Assembly: GCA_965219575.1 (NCBI GenBank)
Contig: OZ244779.1
Span: 748,769-812,768, forward strand
From: Candidatus Oxydemutatoraceae bacterium
GTDB taxonomy: Bacteria > Pseudomonadota > Gammaproteobacteria > Poriferisulfidales > Oxydemutatoraceae
Length of the DNA: 64,000 nt
Direction of reading: 5' to 3'
The notes under the pieces were generated by a model. The model was not told the DNA's origin. It saw only the letters and a list, made by a program, of their open reading frames with translations, and made no database searches. This document shows positions 56,178-64,000 of the stretch, piece by piece (position 1 is the stretch's first letter; the number at the start of each line of letters is the position of its first letter). Both the position numbers and the translations under genes were made by a program.

Positions 56178-56981
56178 TTGAATACCGTTCTATTGTTTGT
56201 TTTGTTTATGGGTACGGCATCGGCTGAAGTTCCGTCGCTTGAATTCCGTGGTCAATTAATACAGGGTGGTGTCGTACGTGCCCGAACAATAGCAGGCTCT
56301 AAAGTTTATTTAGACGGGCGATTATTGCAAGTATCGGAAAACGGTGATTTTATATTCGGCTTGACATCGGATGCTCCCGAGCACGCTCGCCTCGCCGTGC
56401 ATATGCCCGATGGTCGGCGTATAGAAGAGAACCTGAGAATCGCCGGTCGTAGCTACGAGGTTCAACGCATAGACGGTTTAGATCCTAACAAGGTTAGTCC
56501 TCCGCCCGAAGTCTACGAGCGTATTGCTAATGAAGTCGAGATGATTGTTAAAATACGGGATATCAGTTCTCCTAATTTAGATGCCTTCGACGAGTTTATC
56601 TGGCCGGTTGAAGGCATTATTACCGGGGTCTACGGTAGTCGCCGTATATTGAACGGACAACCGCGTAGCCCGCATTACGGAGTGGATATTGCCTGCCCCG
56701 AAGGCACCGATATACAGGCACCGGCAGGCGGTGTTGTGAGAATGATAACAGATATGTATTTTTCCGGAATCACGATGGTTATAGATCACGGCTACGGGCT
56801 ATCCTCAACTTTTTTGCATTTAAGCAAAGTTAGCGTTGCGCTGAACGAACGCGTGGAACAAGGACAAATTATTGCCGAAGTCGGTGCGACCGGACGGGTT
56901 ACAGGACCGCACTTGGATTGGCGTATAAACTGGTTTGAACGCCGACTAGACCCGCAAAGCATCGCACAGCCTGCCGGTTAA
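56178..56981 (+). CDS. M23 family metallopeptidase
   Basis: PHYGVDIA, IDHGYGLSSTFLHLS, TGPHLDWR. Confidence 0.9.
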   Translation: MNTVLLFVLFMGTASAEVPSLEFRGQLIQGGVVRARTIAGSKVYLDGRLLQVSENGDFIFGLTSDAPEHARLAVHMPDGRRIEENLRIAGRSYEVQRIDGLDPNKVSPPPEVYERIANEVEMIVKIRDISSPNLDAFDEFIWPVEGIITGVYGSRRILNGQPRSPHYGVDIACPEGTDIQAPAGGVVRMITDMYFSGITMVIDHGYGLSSTFLHLSKVSVALNERVEQGQIIAEVGATGRVTGPHLDWRINWFERRLDPQSIAQPAG

Positions 56982-57959
56982 ACGTTCTGTTATATGAGAG
57001 TCATTTCGGCTGTACTCACCGGTGTACAAAAGGCTACTTTATAGAAGCCGCTTTGAACTTGACTGGACAGAAGTTCAAAAAATAGAGGTAGGCTCGTTGA
57101 TTAAAAAATACGATTTTTTCTCGGGATACGGTGGGGATCTTAAGGGGCATTATTAGGGAAAATCGTTTCGATACAAAGTTATAGACTATTGATACGATCT
57201 GTAATATATAGCATACCGACAGACACAAGATTCACGATGCTCTCACGAAACGAAACAAAATATCTATTTTATAAAAACTGGCCTAAACCCAATGATAAAG
57301 GTTTAGATTATTGGCTTGATGTATTAGAAGATTTTATTTGTATCGCACTCAATGTAAATAGAGTTCCGGTGATTCCGACTTCATCGAGCAACCAGCGTGA
57401 CAAGTTGCAAAATTCTCCGGATTTTCGTTTAGAAGATTACCTGGCTCTGACAAATACAAAAATATACAAAGTTGAAGCAGACGGGATGATTAAACAACAA
57501 ACCGCCTCTTTGAACTGGATTTCCGAAGCCGATGCCGAATTGCAATTATCCGGTCAACCTTCAATACCGCTTATCGATATAGAACAACTTTATAGAAACG
57601 ATAATAGCGAACATAAGGCTTTATCCTTGACTAACAATAAGAAAAGTCACACACACTCTAAACCTCGCTATTATGTAAAGACAATTCCTTCGGAAAAAGT
57701 TAACTGTTTGACGGACAAGGCACTAGAGCATTTCAAGACCAACAGACAAAGTTTATTTGATACTCAGAATTTGCTATACAAAAGTCAAAAAACTCACTAT
57801 TTACATAAAGATTATAATTTGGTTCCCTATGCTTGCTTAAATCTATACGACAAACAGTTTTCTATATATGCCGGCAAACCTAAAAAAATTTTAAGCATAG
57901 TTGAGCATATTTTTCGCCACGCTATAGGACTCAATAAATCGTTCAGGAATATTTATTTA

Positions 57960-58712
57960 GGTACTTGACTAGTTTAGGGACAAAGTCCCACTCAAATATC
58001 CCTTACCATCTTCATTAGCATCTCATACTTTTGGGAGGCTGAAAGGTGTCTGTGATTGAATCGCCACTCGCATTCTTTTAGATGAAGGTGGAAATGTTTT
58101 CTCGACACGCCGCAGAACTTTGTTAATCTCCTTTTGGCCCATTCCCAGAAGTTTTCAATGCCATTGATATGTCTAGTACCACTGCCCAGTGTCTTTGAAT
58201 GATTGATGCGGTAGTGTTTGTATCCATTCAACACCAACCCGTCATAAGCTCTCCATTTATCTGTGTATATAGTACTCCTGTGTCCCACTAAACGCTTGAT
58301 AATAGGTCGTATCTCGCTCTTTGAAGCATTGCGTATCACCTGCGTATAGACCTTCCCATCTCTTTTTAATATGCCGAATACCGGTACTTTGTTCGGTGCA
58401 CCTCTACCTCTTTTGTCTCCCTTTTTGCGACCACCGAAGTAGGACTCATCGAACTCTACCTCGCCAGAGAATAGGCTCGTCTGCTCGCAGTGTTGTGCAA
58501 TTCTTTCTCGGATTATATTGACATATCTATTCGCGGTATTTCTATTGACCCCGGCTGCTTGTGCGATTTGGGTTGCACTCAGATCAAGGGCAAAATACCT
58601 CACAATTTGCCTTATTTTCCTGTTTGAAATATGTGCCCTTCTAAAATGTCTGTTAGGTGTTGTCATTACTAGTTATTTTATCAAATCGTACTCCCTAAAC
58701 TAGTCAAGTACC
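57960..58712 (-). mobile_element. IS1595-family insertion sequence, 753 bp
   Basis: 21-bp perfect terminal inverted repeat GGTACTTGACTAGTTTAGGGA; 8-bp target duplication TTTATTTA at 57952-57959 and 58713-58720. Confidence 0.95.
57992..58666 (-). CDS. IS1595-family transposase
   Basis: EFDESYFGG, GKVYT, IYTDKWRAYDGL, RINHS, HINGIENFW, HLKECEWRFN. Confidence 0.95.
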   Translation of the reverse strand: MTTPNRHFRRAHISNRKIRQIVRYFALDLSATQIAQAAGVNRNTANRYVNIIRERIAQHCEQTSLFSGEVEFDESYFGGRKKGDKRGRGAPNKVPVFGILKRDGKVYTQVIRNASKSEIRPIIKRLVGHRSTIYTDKWRAYDGLVLNGYKHYRINHSKTLGSGTRHINGIENFWEWAKRRLTKFCGVSRKHFHLHLKECEWRFNHRHLSASQKYEMLMKMVRDI

Positions 58713-58951
58713 TTTATTTAATATCAAAGAATAGAGATCTTCGTTTTCCTGGACTTTACCGATGCAAAGGACACCAACTCAAAATCTACACCTATCATGA
58801 TTTTCCTGAACTCAATGCTATTGCCTCGAACAATTACTTACTATATTCCGTAGAAAAAGACCTATTTGACTGCGCCGTGGTAAAAATATATCCCCCCGGT
58901 GCCAACCAACTTTTTTATACGACTGTGTCCGAACCGCCGCGTTATTGGAAT

Positions 58952-60091
58952 TTATACCGGCTTCGCCGCAAACTTATACCATATTTTTTTTATTAGCCTC
59001 TTGTATGGGTTCGAAAGCAACATCATTTTTATCCTCGTATGGTTTGTCATCATAGTGTAGGCTTTCATTGTATCGCCTTCGCTATGTCGTTTTATATACT
59101 CATAAATATCCCGGATAGTTTGAGGAGTACGATATATAAAATCCGATTGGAAATGGTAAAGGCTTCTTCGGTTGGCCACTAACTTCACCAAAGCATGATC
59201 CATGATGTTTTTTTCAACCGCGTATAGCAAATGATTATCTGTGGCACGACTTGCGTTGTCGACTAAGCACTTAAGTTCCGGAAAATCTCGATATGTATAA
59301 ACATCGTATCTATTTCTCAGGAAATCGAAATACCCGGCATCATGTATGTCCGACATAATGTAAAGCTTCGTGCCGTGTGGACATGCCCGGTACACTAGTT
59401 TCTTGATATTGCTAGGTAAGGCCGCGCGAAAAAAACGAGCATCAAAGAAAAGCATATCGTTGGCACGTATATGCAGACACGAATAAAAGAATTTTTCATG
59501 CTTAATTTTCTCGAACAAGTTTACCGTAGAGCAACGATTATAAAGCAATTCTTGAGCATCCCGCATAGTAGATCTGCCGGTGCCGAAACGGGCGAGGACA
59601 CTATCGGTTAAATCGTTCACAGCTTGTGAAGCGATAAATCTTATGTAATAGGGTGGTGTGGGGAATCCTATAGAAGGTGCTACACGCAACACTTTATATT
59701 TTTCGTTATCTCTATCGTAGAGTTTGTCTAAATCAACCGTGTGTATTTGATTTTGTGGATAAGACTCTATATTAAAATCAGACCTTAAAACATAATTTAA
59801 CCGAGACTTTTCCTTTTTTATGGTTCCATCTTTTCTTAACTTATAGGCTTCTGTTTTATCTAGATCTAAATATCTTAACCATGTAAAATTGTCCAGTGAT
59901 TTTCCCAAATTATGTGTCATGGTGTTTGGAGGTTGATTGGGGATGACCGGTATTCTTTTTAATGTCAGTGCTTTGCCCCAGAGAGAACTCACATCCCTGA
60001 TCTTGCCGTCTAATCCTTCTATTTTATCCCTTTCTTTACCCTCTAGATACTTAGGTTGTGTCATCAGATATTTTTTATTCATCATAAGCAA
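58952..60091 (-). CDS. Putative GT-B O-fucosyltransferase-like protein
   Basis: YSCLHIRAND (HxRxxD), LYIMSD, DNHLLYAVEKNIM; AT-rich. Confidence 0.65.
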   Translation of the reverse strand: MLMMNKKYLMTQPKYLEGKERDKIEGLDGKIRDVSSLWGKALTLKRIPVIPNQPPNTMTHNLGKSLDNFTWLRYLDLDKTEAYKLRKDGTIKKEKSRLNYVLRSDFNIESYPQNQIHTVDLDKLYDRDNEKYKVLRVAPSIGFPTPPYYIRFIASQAVNDLTDSVLARFGTGRSTMRDAQELLYNRCSTVNLFEKIKHEKFFYSCLHIRANDMLFFDARFFRAALPSNIKKLVYRACPHGTKLYIMSDIHDAGYFDFLRNRYDVYTYRDFPELKCLVDNASRATDNHLLYAVEKNIMDHALVKLVANRRSLYHFQSDFIYRTPQTIRDIYEYIKRHSEGDTMKAYTMMTNHTRIKMMLLSNPYKRLIKKIWYKFAAKPV

Positions 60092-60156
60092 TGACCTATA
60101 TGTTCTAATATCCCGTCTTTATGCAAATTTTGTATTTGCCGATATTGCTTTGATAA

Positions 60157-60495
60157 TCAACCCGGAGGCCAATTAAAGGCTCTGCCCGCCATTAGGTGTA
60201 TGTGTAGATGAAAGACGGTTTGACCGGCACTTTCGCCGTTGTTGACGACAAGCCTGAAATTGTCGGAGACACCTTCGCTCCGAGCTATATCACCGGCTTT
60301 TAGGAGCAGGTGTCCGAGCAGTTTTTGATCCGCTGCCGTCGCTTCGGATATTTTAGGAATTTCCTTTTTGGGAATGATTAGGATATGGGTCGGTGCTTTG
60401 GGATCTATATCTCGGAATGCCAAGCACTGTTCGTCTTCGTAGACGATGTCGGCGGGTATTTCGCGATTAATGATTTTGGTGAATAAAGTTGTCAT
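60157..60495 (-). CDS. hinT: Histidine triad nucleotide-binding protein
   Basis: FTKIINREIPA, AFRDIDPKAPTH, GQTVFHLHIH, WPPG. Confidence 0.93.
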   Translation of the reverse strand: MTTLFTKIINREIPADIVYEDEQCLAFRDIDPKAPTHILIIPKKEIPKISEATAADQKLLGHLLLKAGDIARSEGVSDNFRLVVNNGESAGQTVFHLHIHLMAGRAFNWPPG

Positions 60496-60512
60496 AGTTA
60501 AACCTCGTATGG

Positions 60513-61616
60513 TTAATTATCGGTTTGTTTTACGGTTTCAATGATAATAGAAGCGATACGCTCTATTGTATCCGAATCTAGACCCGGGTAAATAGGCAGC
60601 GATAAGCATTGTTTGGCTACCGCTTCGGCGTTCGGACAAGGTGTAGTTTTACAACACTCGGCGAGTGCGAGTTGCTCACCGAGTAGATGCGGATAGTAGA
60701 TGTCGGCGACGATGTCGTTATCGAGCAGTGCTTGTTTAATATGATCTCGCTCGGAACTCAAAATCGTGTATTGATGAAACACATGGGTGCCGTGCGGATC
60801 GCGCGCCGGGATTGTAACAAAGTCTTTCAGCAGGGTGTCGTACTGTGCTGCGATAGCCGTTCTTTGGTTATTAAAATCTTCTATGTATTTTAGTTTGACC
60901 CGTAGTGCTGCCGCTTGTATCTCGTCCAAACGGCTGTTATAACCGATTTCGTCGTGTTGATAGCGGGTGTAAGAACCGTGATTGCGCAACGCCCGTAAAT
61001 GTGCCACCAAATCGGTATTATTCGTGCTAATCAATCCGCCGTCTCCGTATGCACTTAGATTTTTAGTCGGATAGAAACTATGGCAGCCGGCCTCGGACAA
61101 TGTGCCGACATAGTCGTCGTCGTATTTTGCGCCGAAGGCTTGCGCACAGTCTTCTATTAAAAGCAGACTGTGCTGTTCGGCAATTTGTATAAGCGACTCT
61201 ATATCGGCGGTTTGACCGTATAAATGCACCGCAACGATTGCCCGAGTTTTCTCGGTAATGTGCGCTTCTATACTCTCCGGGTCTATGTTGAAACTATAAG
61301 GTGAAATATCGACCAGCACCGGAGTCGCACCTAAATAACAAGCCACCTCGGCTACCGATACAAAATTGAATGTAGGTGTGATGACCTCGTCGCCTGCTTT
61401 TATACCGAGTGCTTTCATGCTCAGTAATAAAGCATCGGTACCGGAGGCACAAGATACCGCATGCCGAACATTCAGAAAGTTGGCAACTTCGGATTCGAAC
61501 GCTTCTACTTGCTGCCCTAATATATAGTTCCCGCTTCGCATGACATCGATGACCGCTCGCTCCAATTCGGCTTTGAGGCGCTGGTGTTGGAGGCGTGGCT
61601 TACTGGTGGGTATCAT
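60513..61616 (-). CDS. DegT/DnrJ/EryC1/StrS sugar aminotransferase (GnnB/WbpE-like)
   Basis: SGTDAL, VHLYGQ, EDCAQA, SFYPTKNLSAYGDGG, NSRLDEIQAA. Confidence 0.92.
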   Translation of the reverse strand: MIPTSKPRLQHQRLKAELERAVIDVMRSGNYILGQQVEAFESEVANFLNVRHAVSCASGTDALLLSMKALGIKAGDEVITPTFNFVSVAEVACYLGATPVLVDISPYSFNIDPESIEAHITEKTRAIVAVHLYGQTADIESLIQIAEQHSLLLIEDCAQAFGAKYDDDYVGTLSEAGCHSFYPTKNLSAYGDGGLISTNNTDLVAHLRALRNHGSYTRYQHDEIGYNSRLDEIQAAALRVKLKYIEDFNNQRTAIAAQYDTLLKDFVTIPARDPHGTHVFHQYTILSSERDHIKQALLDNDIVADIYYPHLLGEQLALAECCKTTPCPNAEAVAKQCLSLPIYPGLDSDTIERIASIIIETVKQTDN

Positions 61617-61670
61617 CTTATCTTCGTCTTTCCGATCTCGGACATACTTTGCACGGTATTCATAAGTTGA

Positions 61671-62621
61671 TTATAAATTGCTTTCCTCGTTACCGAATAA
61701 GGAATCGTGCACTCGTTGTGCCAGCACCAATGCGCTGCGTCCTTCCGAACCTCCGACTCTGGGGGGTGTTTTATTTTTGATGCAATCCACGAAGTGTTTG
61801 ATTTCGTCGAGCAGCGGGTCGGCATCTGCGATGCTCGGATAGCTTTGTCGGCTGAAGTCTCGACGGTTTCGATTTTTAATTCGATAGTGCTCGCTCGTGC
61901 CGTTTTGCAAATCTATGGAATGATAACCGTCATCCCTGCTGAATATCCTGATTTTACGCTCGGACTTCAGGCTGATGCGGCTTTCGGTGATATTGACTAC
62001 ACATCCGTTTGCGAATATCAAACGGGCATTTATGATATCGACTTCCTCGCTCCATACCTGCACGCCCTTGGCATGGATAGTCTCTACCTCCGAACCGACC
62101 AAACTCAATACTATATCGAGGTCGTGTATCATCAAATCAAATACTACGCCTATCTCGGTATTGCGGCTTTGATACCCACTCAACCTCAAAACTTCTATAA
62201 ACTCAGGTTTGTTAATCGTATGTTTGATACGAGTGAGTGCCGGGTTGAAACGTTCTATGTGTCCGATTTGCAATACTGCATCGTTTTGACGGGCGATTTC
62301 AATTAGCCGGTCGGCTTCTTCGAGCGAGGTCGTCATCGGTTTTTCCAGCAACACATGGATACCGTTGTTCAATAGATCATGAGCGATTGCATAATGCGTA
62401 GCCGTCGGAGTGACGATGCTCGCCGCGTCCAGGGTTCCGATCAATGTACGATAATCGGAACAGCTTCGGGTGTTCATTTCTGACGCAATCGTCGCGCCTG
62501 CCGTCGGGTTCGTGTCGGCTACGGCAACGAGTTCGCAATCGTCCAGAGTCGCATATTTTTGCGCGTGAAACTTGCCGAAATAACCTGTTCCTATGACTGC
62601 GCATTTGAGTTTATTCATCAC
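61671..62621 (-). CDS. Gfo/Idh/MocA oxidoreductase (GnnA-like UDP-GlcNAc 3-dehydrogenase)
   Basis: GTGYFGKFHAQKY, LEKP, GHIERFNPA, DLMIHDLD, SRIS. Confidence 0.88.
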   Translation of the reverse strand: MMNKLKCAVIGTGYFGKFHAQKYATLDDCELVAVADTNPTAGATIASEMNTRSCSDYRTLIGTLDAASIVTPTATHYAIAHDLLNNGIHVLLEKPMTTSLEEADRLIEIARQNDAVLQIGHIERFNPALTRIKHTINKPEFIEVLRLSGYQSRNTEIGVVFDLMIHDLDIVLSLVGSEVETIHAKGVQVWSEEVDIINARLIFANGCVVNITESRISLKSERKIRIFSRDDGYHSIDLQNGTSEHYRIKNRNRRDFSRQSYPSIADADPLLDEIKHFVDCIKNKTPPRVGGSEGRSALVLAQRVHDSLFGNEESNL

Positions 62622-62788
62622 GAGAAAGTAGTTTAATGAAGCGGATATTCTAACACTACTAACCGTTTGTCCGATTATCGTGTTCGTTCGTCGGAAAGCC
62701 GAACCGTGTGCCTAAAAATCGGTATGCTATCGGAAACAAGCCACAAAACCGGCTTGATTTACAAAGATAAACACACAGGAGACTTGAT

Positions 62789-64000
62789 ATGAAAAAAATC
62801 GGAAATTTATTACTTTTATTGATTAATATCTGGGTTGCAACCCCAGTCGCAGCCGAGACAAACTTGGTCGGTCAAGGTGCGCACGATCGCAGATTACAAG
62901 TAGATCGCTATATCGGTTATAAAGCCAATGCCGCACCGGAAGAAATCAACCCACTTTTGGTGTTGACACAAATTAATTTTCCGTCCACCGTTAAAACGGT
63001 GCAAGAGGCGATCGATCACGCGCTGCAACGCTCGGGTTATCGTGTGGATTGGCGGCAAAGTGCCGAAGCGTACGACATTTTCTCCGAATTGTACATACCG
63101 GCGGTGCATAGAAAGCTCAACCTAATGACGCTCAAAGACGCAATAGCGACTCTGGCGGGCGAGGCATGGCAACTGTTGGTGGATTCGGTAAATCGTAAGC
63201 TCGTTATCCAGCTACATGCTTATGTGCCTTGGCAAACGGCGGACGGTTCCGACGGCGATGGTACACTTGGATTGCATCCTCAAAAGTCTATATCGCTTGC
63301 ATCGCAAACGGAAACAAACCGCAATCTCAAAGATGATTTTATGCCTACACAAACGAGGCGAGGTCATTTTCAACATGAATACTCCGCCTCGTCCGTAGAA
63401 CAATCGGTTTCGGATACCGATAGAACCGACGGTGATACTCCCGAAAACACGGTCATACAGAATGAAGCGGTTGCCGATTCCGTGTATTTCGAAAAAGCCG
63501 AGATACCCGTGCCGGATAACGCAGACTCATACTATGAGATACCGGATAGACCCGATAATCAATATACTCAAGGAGATATCAAACCTTATCACTCGACAAA
63601 GATGTCTTATCGGAGTGATGCGGACTCGCCCGATAAGATACCGAATATACATCGTGTTCAATACATGCCGGGGCATGACTTATCGCCCTATACGGATTTA
63701 TCGAAGATAGATCGGCAGACACCTATCGAAGAACACAGTTCCGCCCGCGACCTATGGTCGATGCAATCGGTTATCAAAGCGAAGGAAGGTGTGGGTTCGT
63801 TGGATGAAGCCGTTATCGTGCATTATAGTTCGATATCGGTGAAAGAACTGATAGAGATACTGATTCCCGAAGGTTGGGTCGTGCACTACGAGGTATCCGA
63901 GGCCGTATTGAATCAAAAATTGGTTTCCCATGCCGAAAGTAGCAGGCGAAACGCCTTATCGTCTTTGTTCAAGGAGATCAAACTAAAAGCACTGTTTTAT
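62789..64000 (+). CDS. PilL2-like exported protein (PFGI-1-class ICE / type IV pilus accessory), 3' end runs off the window
   Basis: AGGAG RBS. Manual translation MKKIGNLLLL...VDRY...NPLLVLTQINFP..VKTVQEAIDHALQRSGYRV...IPAVHRKLNLMTLKDAIATLAGEAWQLLVDSVNRKL, then an acidic linker; frame open to the end. Confidence 0.72.
   Translation, partial: MKKIGNLLLLLINIWVATPVAAETNLVGQGAHDRRLQVDRYIGYKANAAPEEINPLLVLTQINFPSTVKTVQEAIDHALQRSGYRVDWRQSAEAYDIFSELYIPAVHRKLNLMTLKDAIATLAGEAWQLLVDSVNRKLVIQLHAYVPWQTADGSDGDGTLGLHPQKSISLASQTETNRNLKDDFMPTQTRRGHFQHEYSASSVEQSVSDTDRTDGDTPENTVIQNEAVADSVYFEKAEIPVPDNADSYYEIPDRPDNQYTQGDIKPYHSTKMSYRSDADSPDKIPNIHRVQYMPGHDLSPYTDLSKIDRQTPIEEHSSARDLWSMQSVIKAKEGVGSLDEAVIVHYSSISVKELIEILIPEGWVVHYEVSEAVLNQKLVSHAESSRRNALSSLFKEIKLKALFY

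Larger units (their letters stand above)
57189..58996 (+). pseudogene. Glycosyltransferase-like (O-fucosyltransferase-like) gene interrupted by IS1595
   Basis: The reading frame resumes after the IS (NIYL|ISKNRD...IYTYHDFPEL...NNYLLYSVEK...FFY* at 58996). Homologous to 58952-60091. Confidence 0.8.

Noticed and set aside
62894-63710. Short ORFs listed in the track at the right edge
   Set aside because: They lie within the long open frame starting at 62789.

Overview
Chromosomal segment of a gammaproteobacterium, inferred from the housekeeping genes and their order (aspS, lspA-ispH, uvrC-pgsA, rpmF-plsX-fabH, grpE-dnaK-dnaJ-dapB, tyrS/M23/anmK/erpA, queF, smc-zipA-ligA, ilvD; tRNA-Ala(CGC) and tRNA-Arg(CCT)). 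Five accessory features stand out. (1) C1-metabolism genes: a translationally coupled 5-formyl-THF cyclo-ligase and stand-alone Ftr formyltransferase followed by folD, plus a two-subunit NAD-dependent formate dehydrogenase with a divergent pterin-carbinolamine dehydratase. (2) At least eight visibly AT-rich glycan-modifying genes (sulfotransferases, GT25, fucosyltransferase-like), scattered among core operons and forming paralog pairs. (3) Two near-identical IS1202-group elements with 16-bp target duplications and a tandemly duplicated, apparently structured 3' non-coding unit; one intact IS1595 that splits a glycosyltransferase-like gene; and a cluster of IS256, IS481 and IS1595 remnants. (4) A modular, nested family of REP-like hairpins and MITE-like elements at gene 3' ends. 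(5) egtB/egtC-like genes, a gnnA/gnnB-like pair, and the start of a PilL2-like gene at the right edge. No CRISPR array or rRNA was seen. All calls come from motif recognition by eye; no database search was run.
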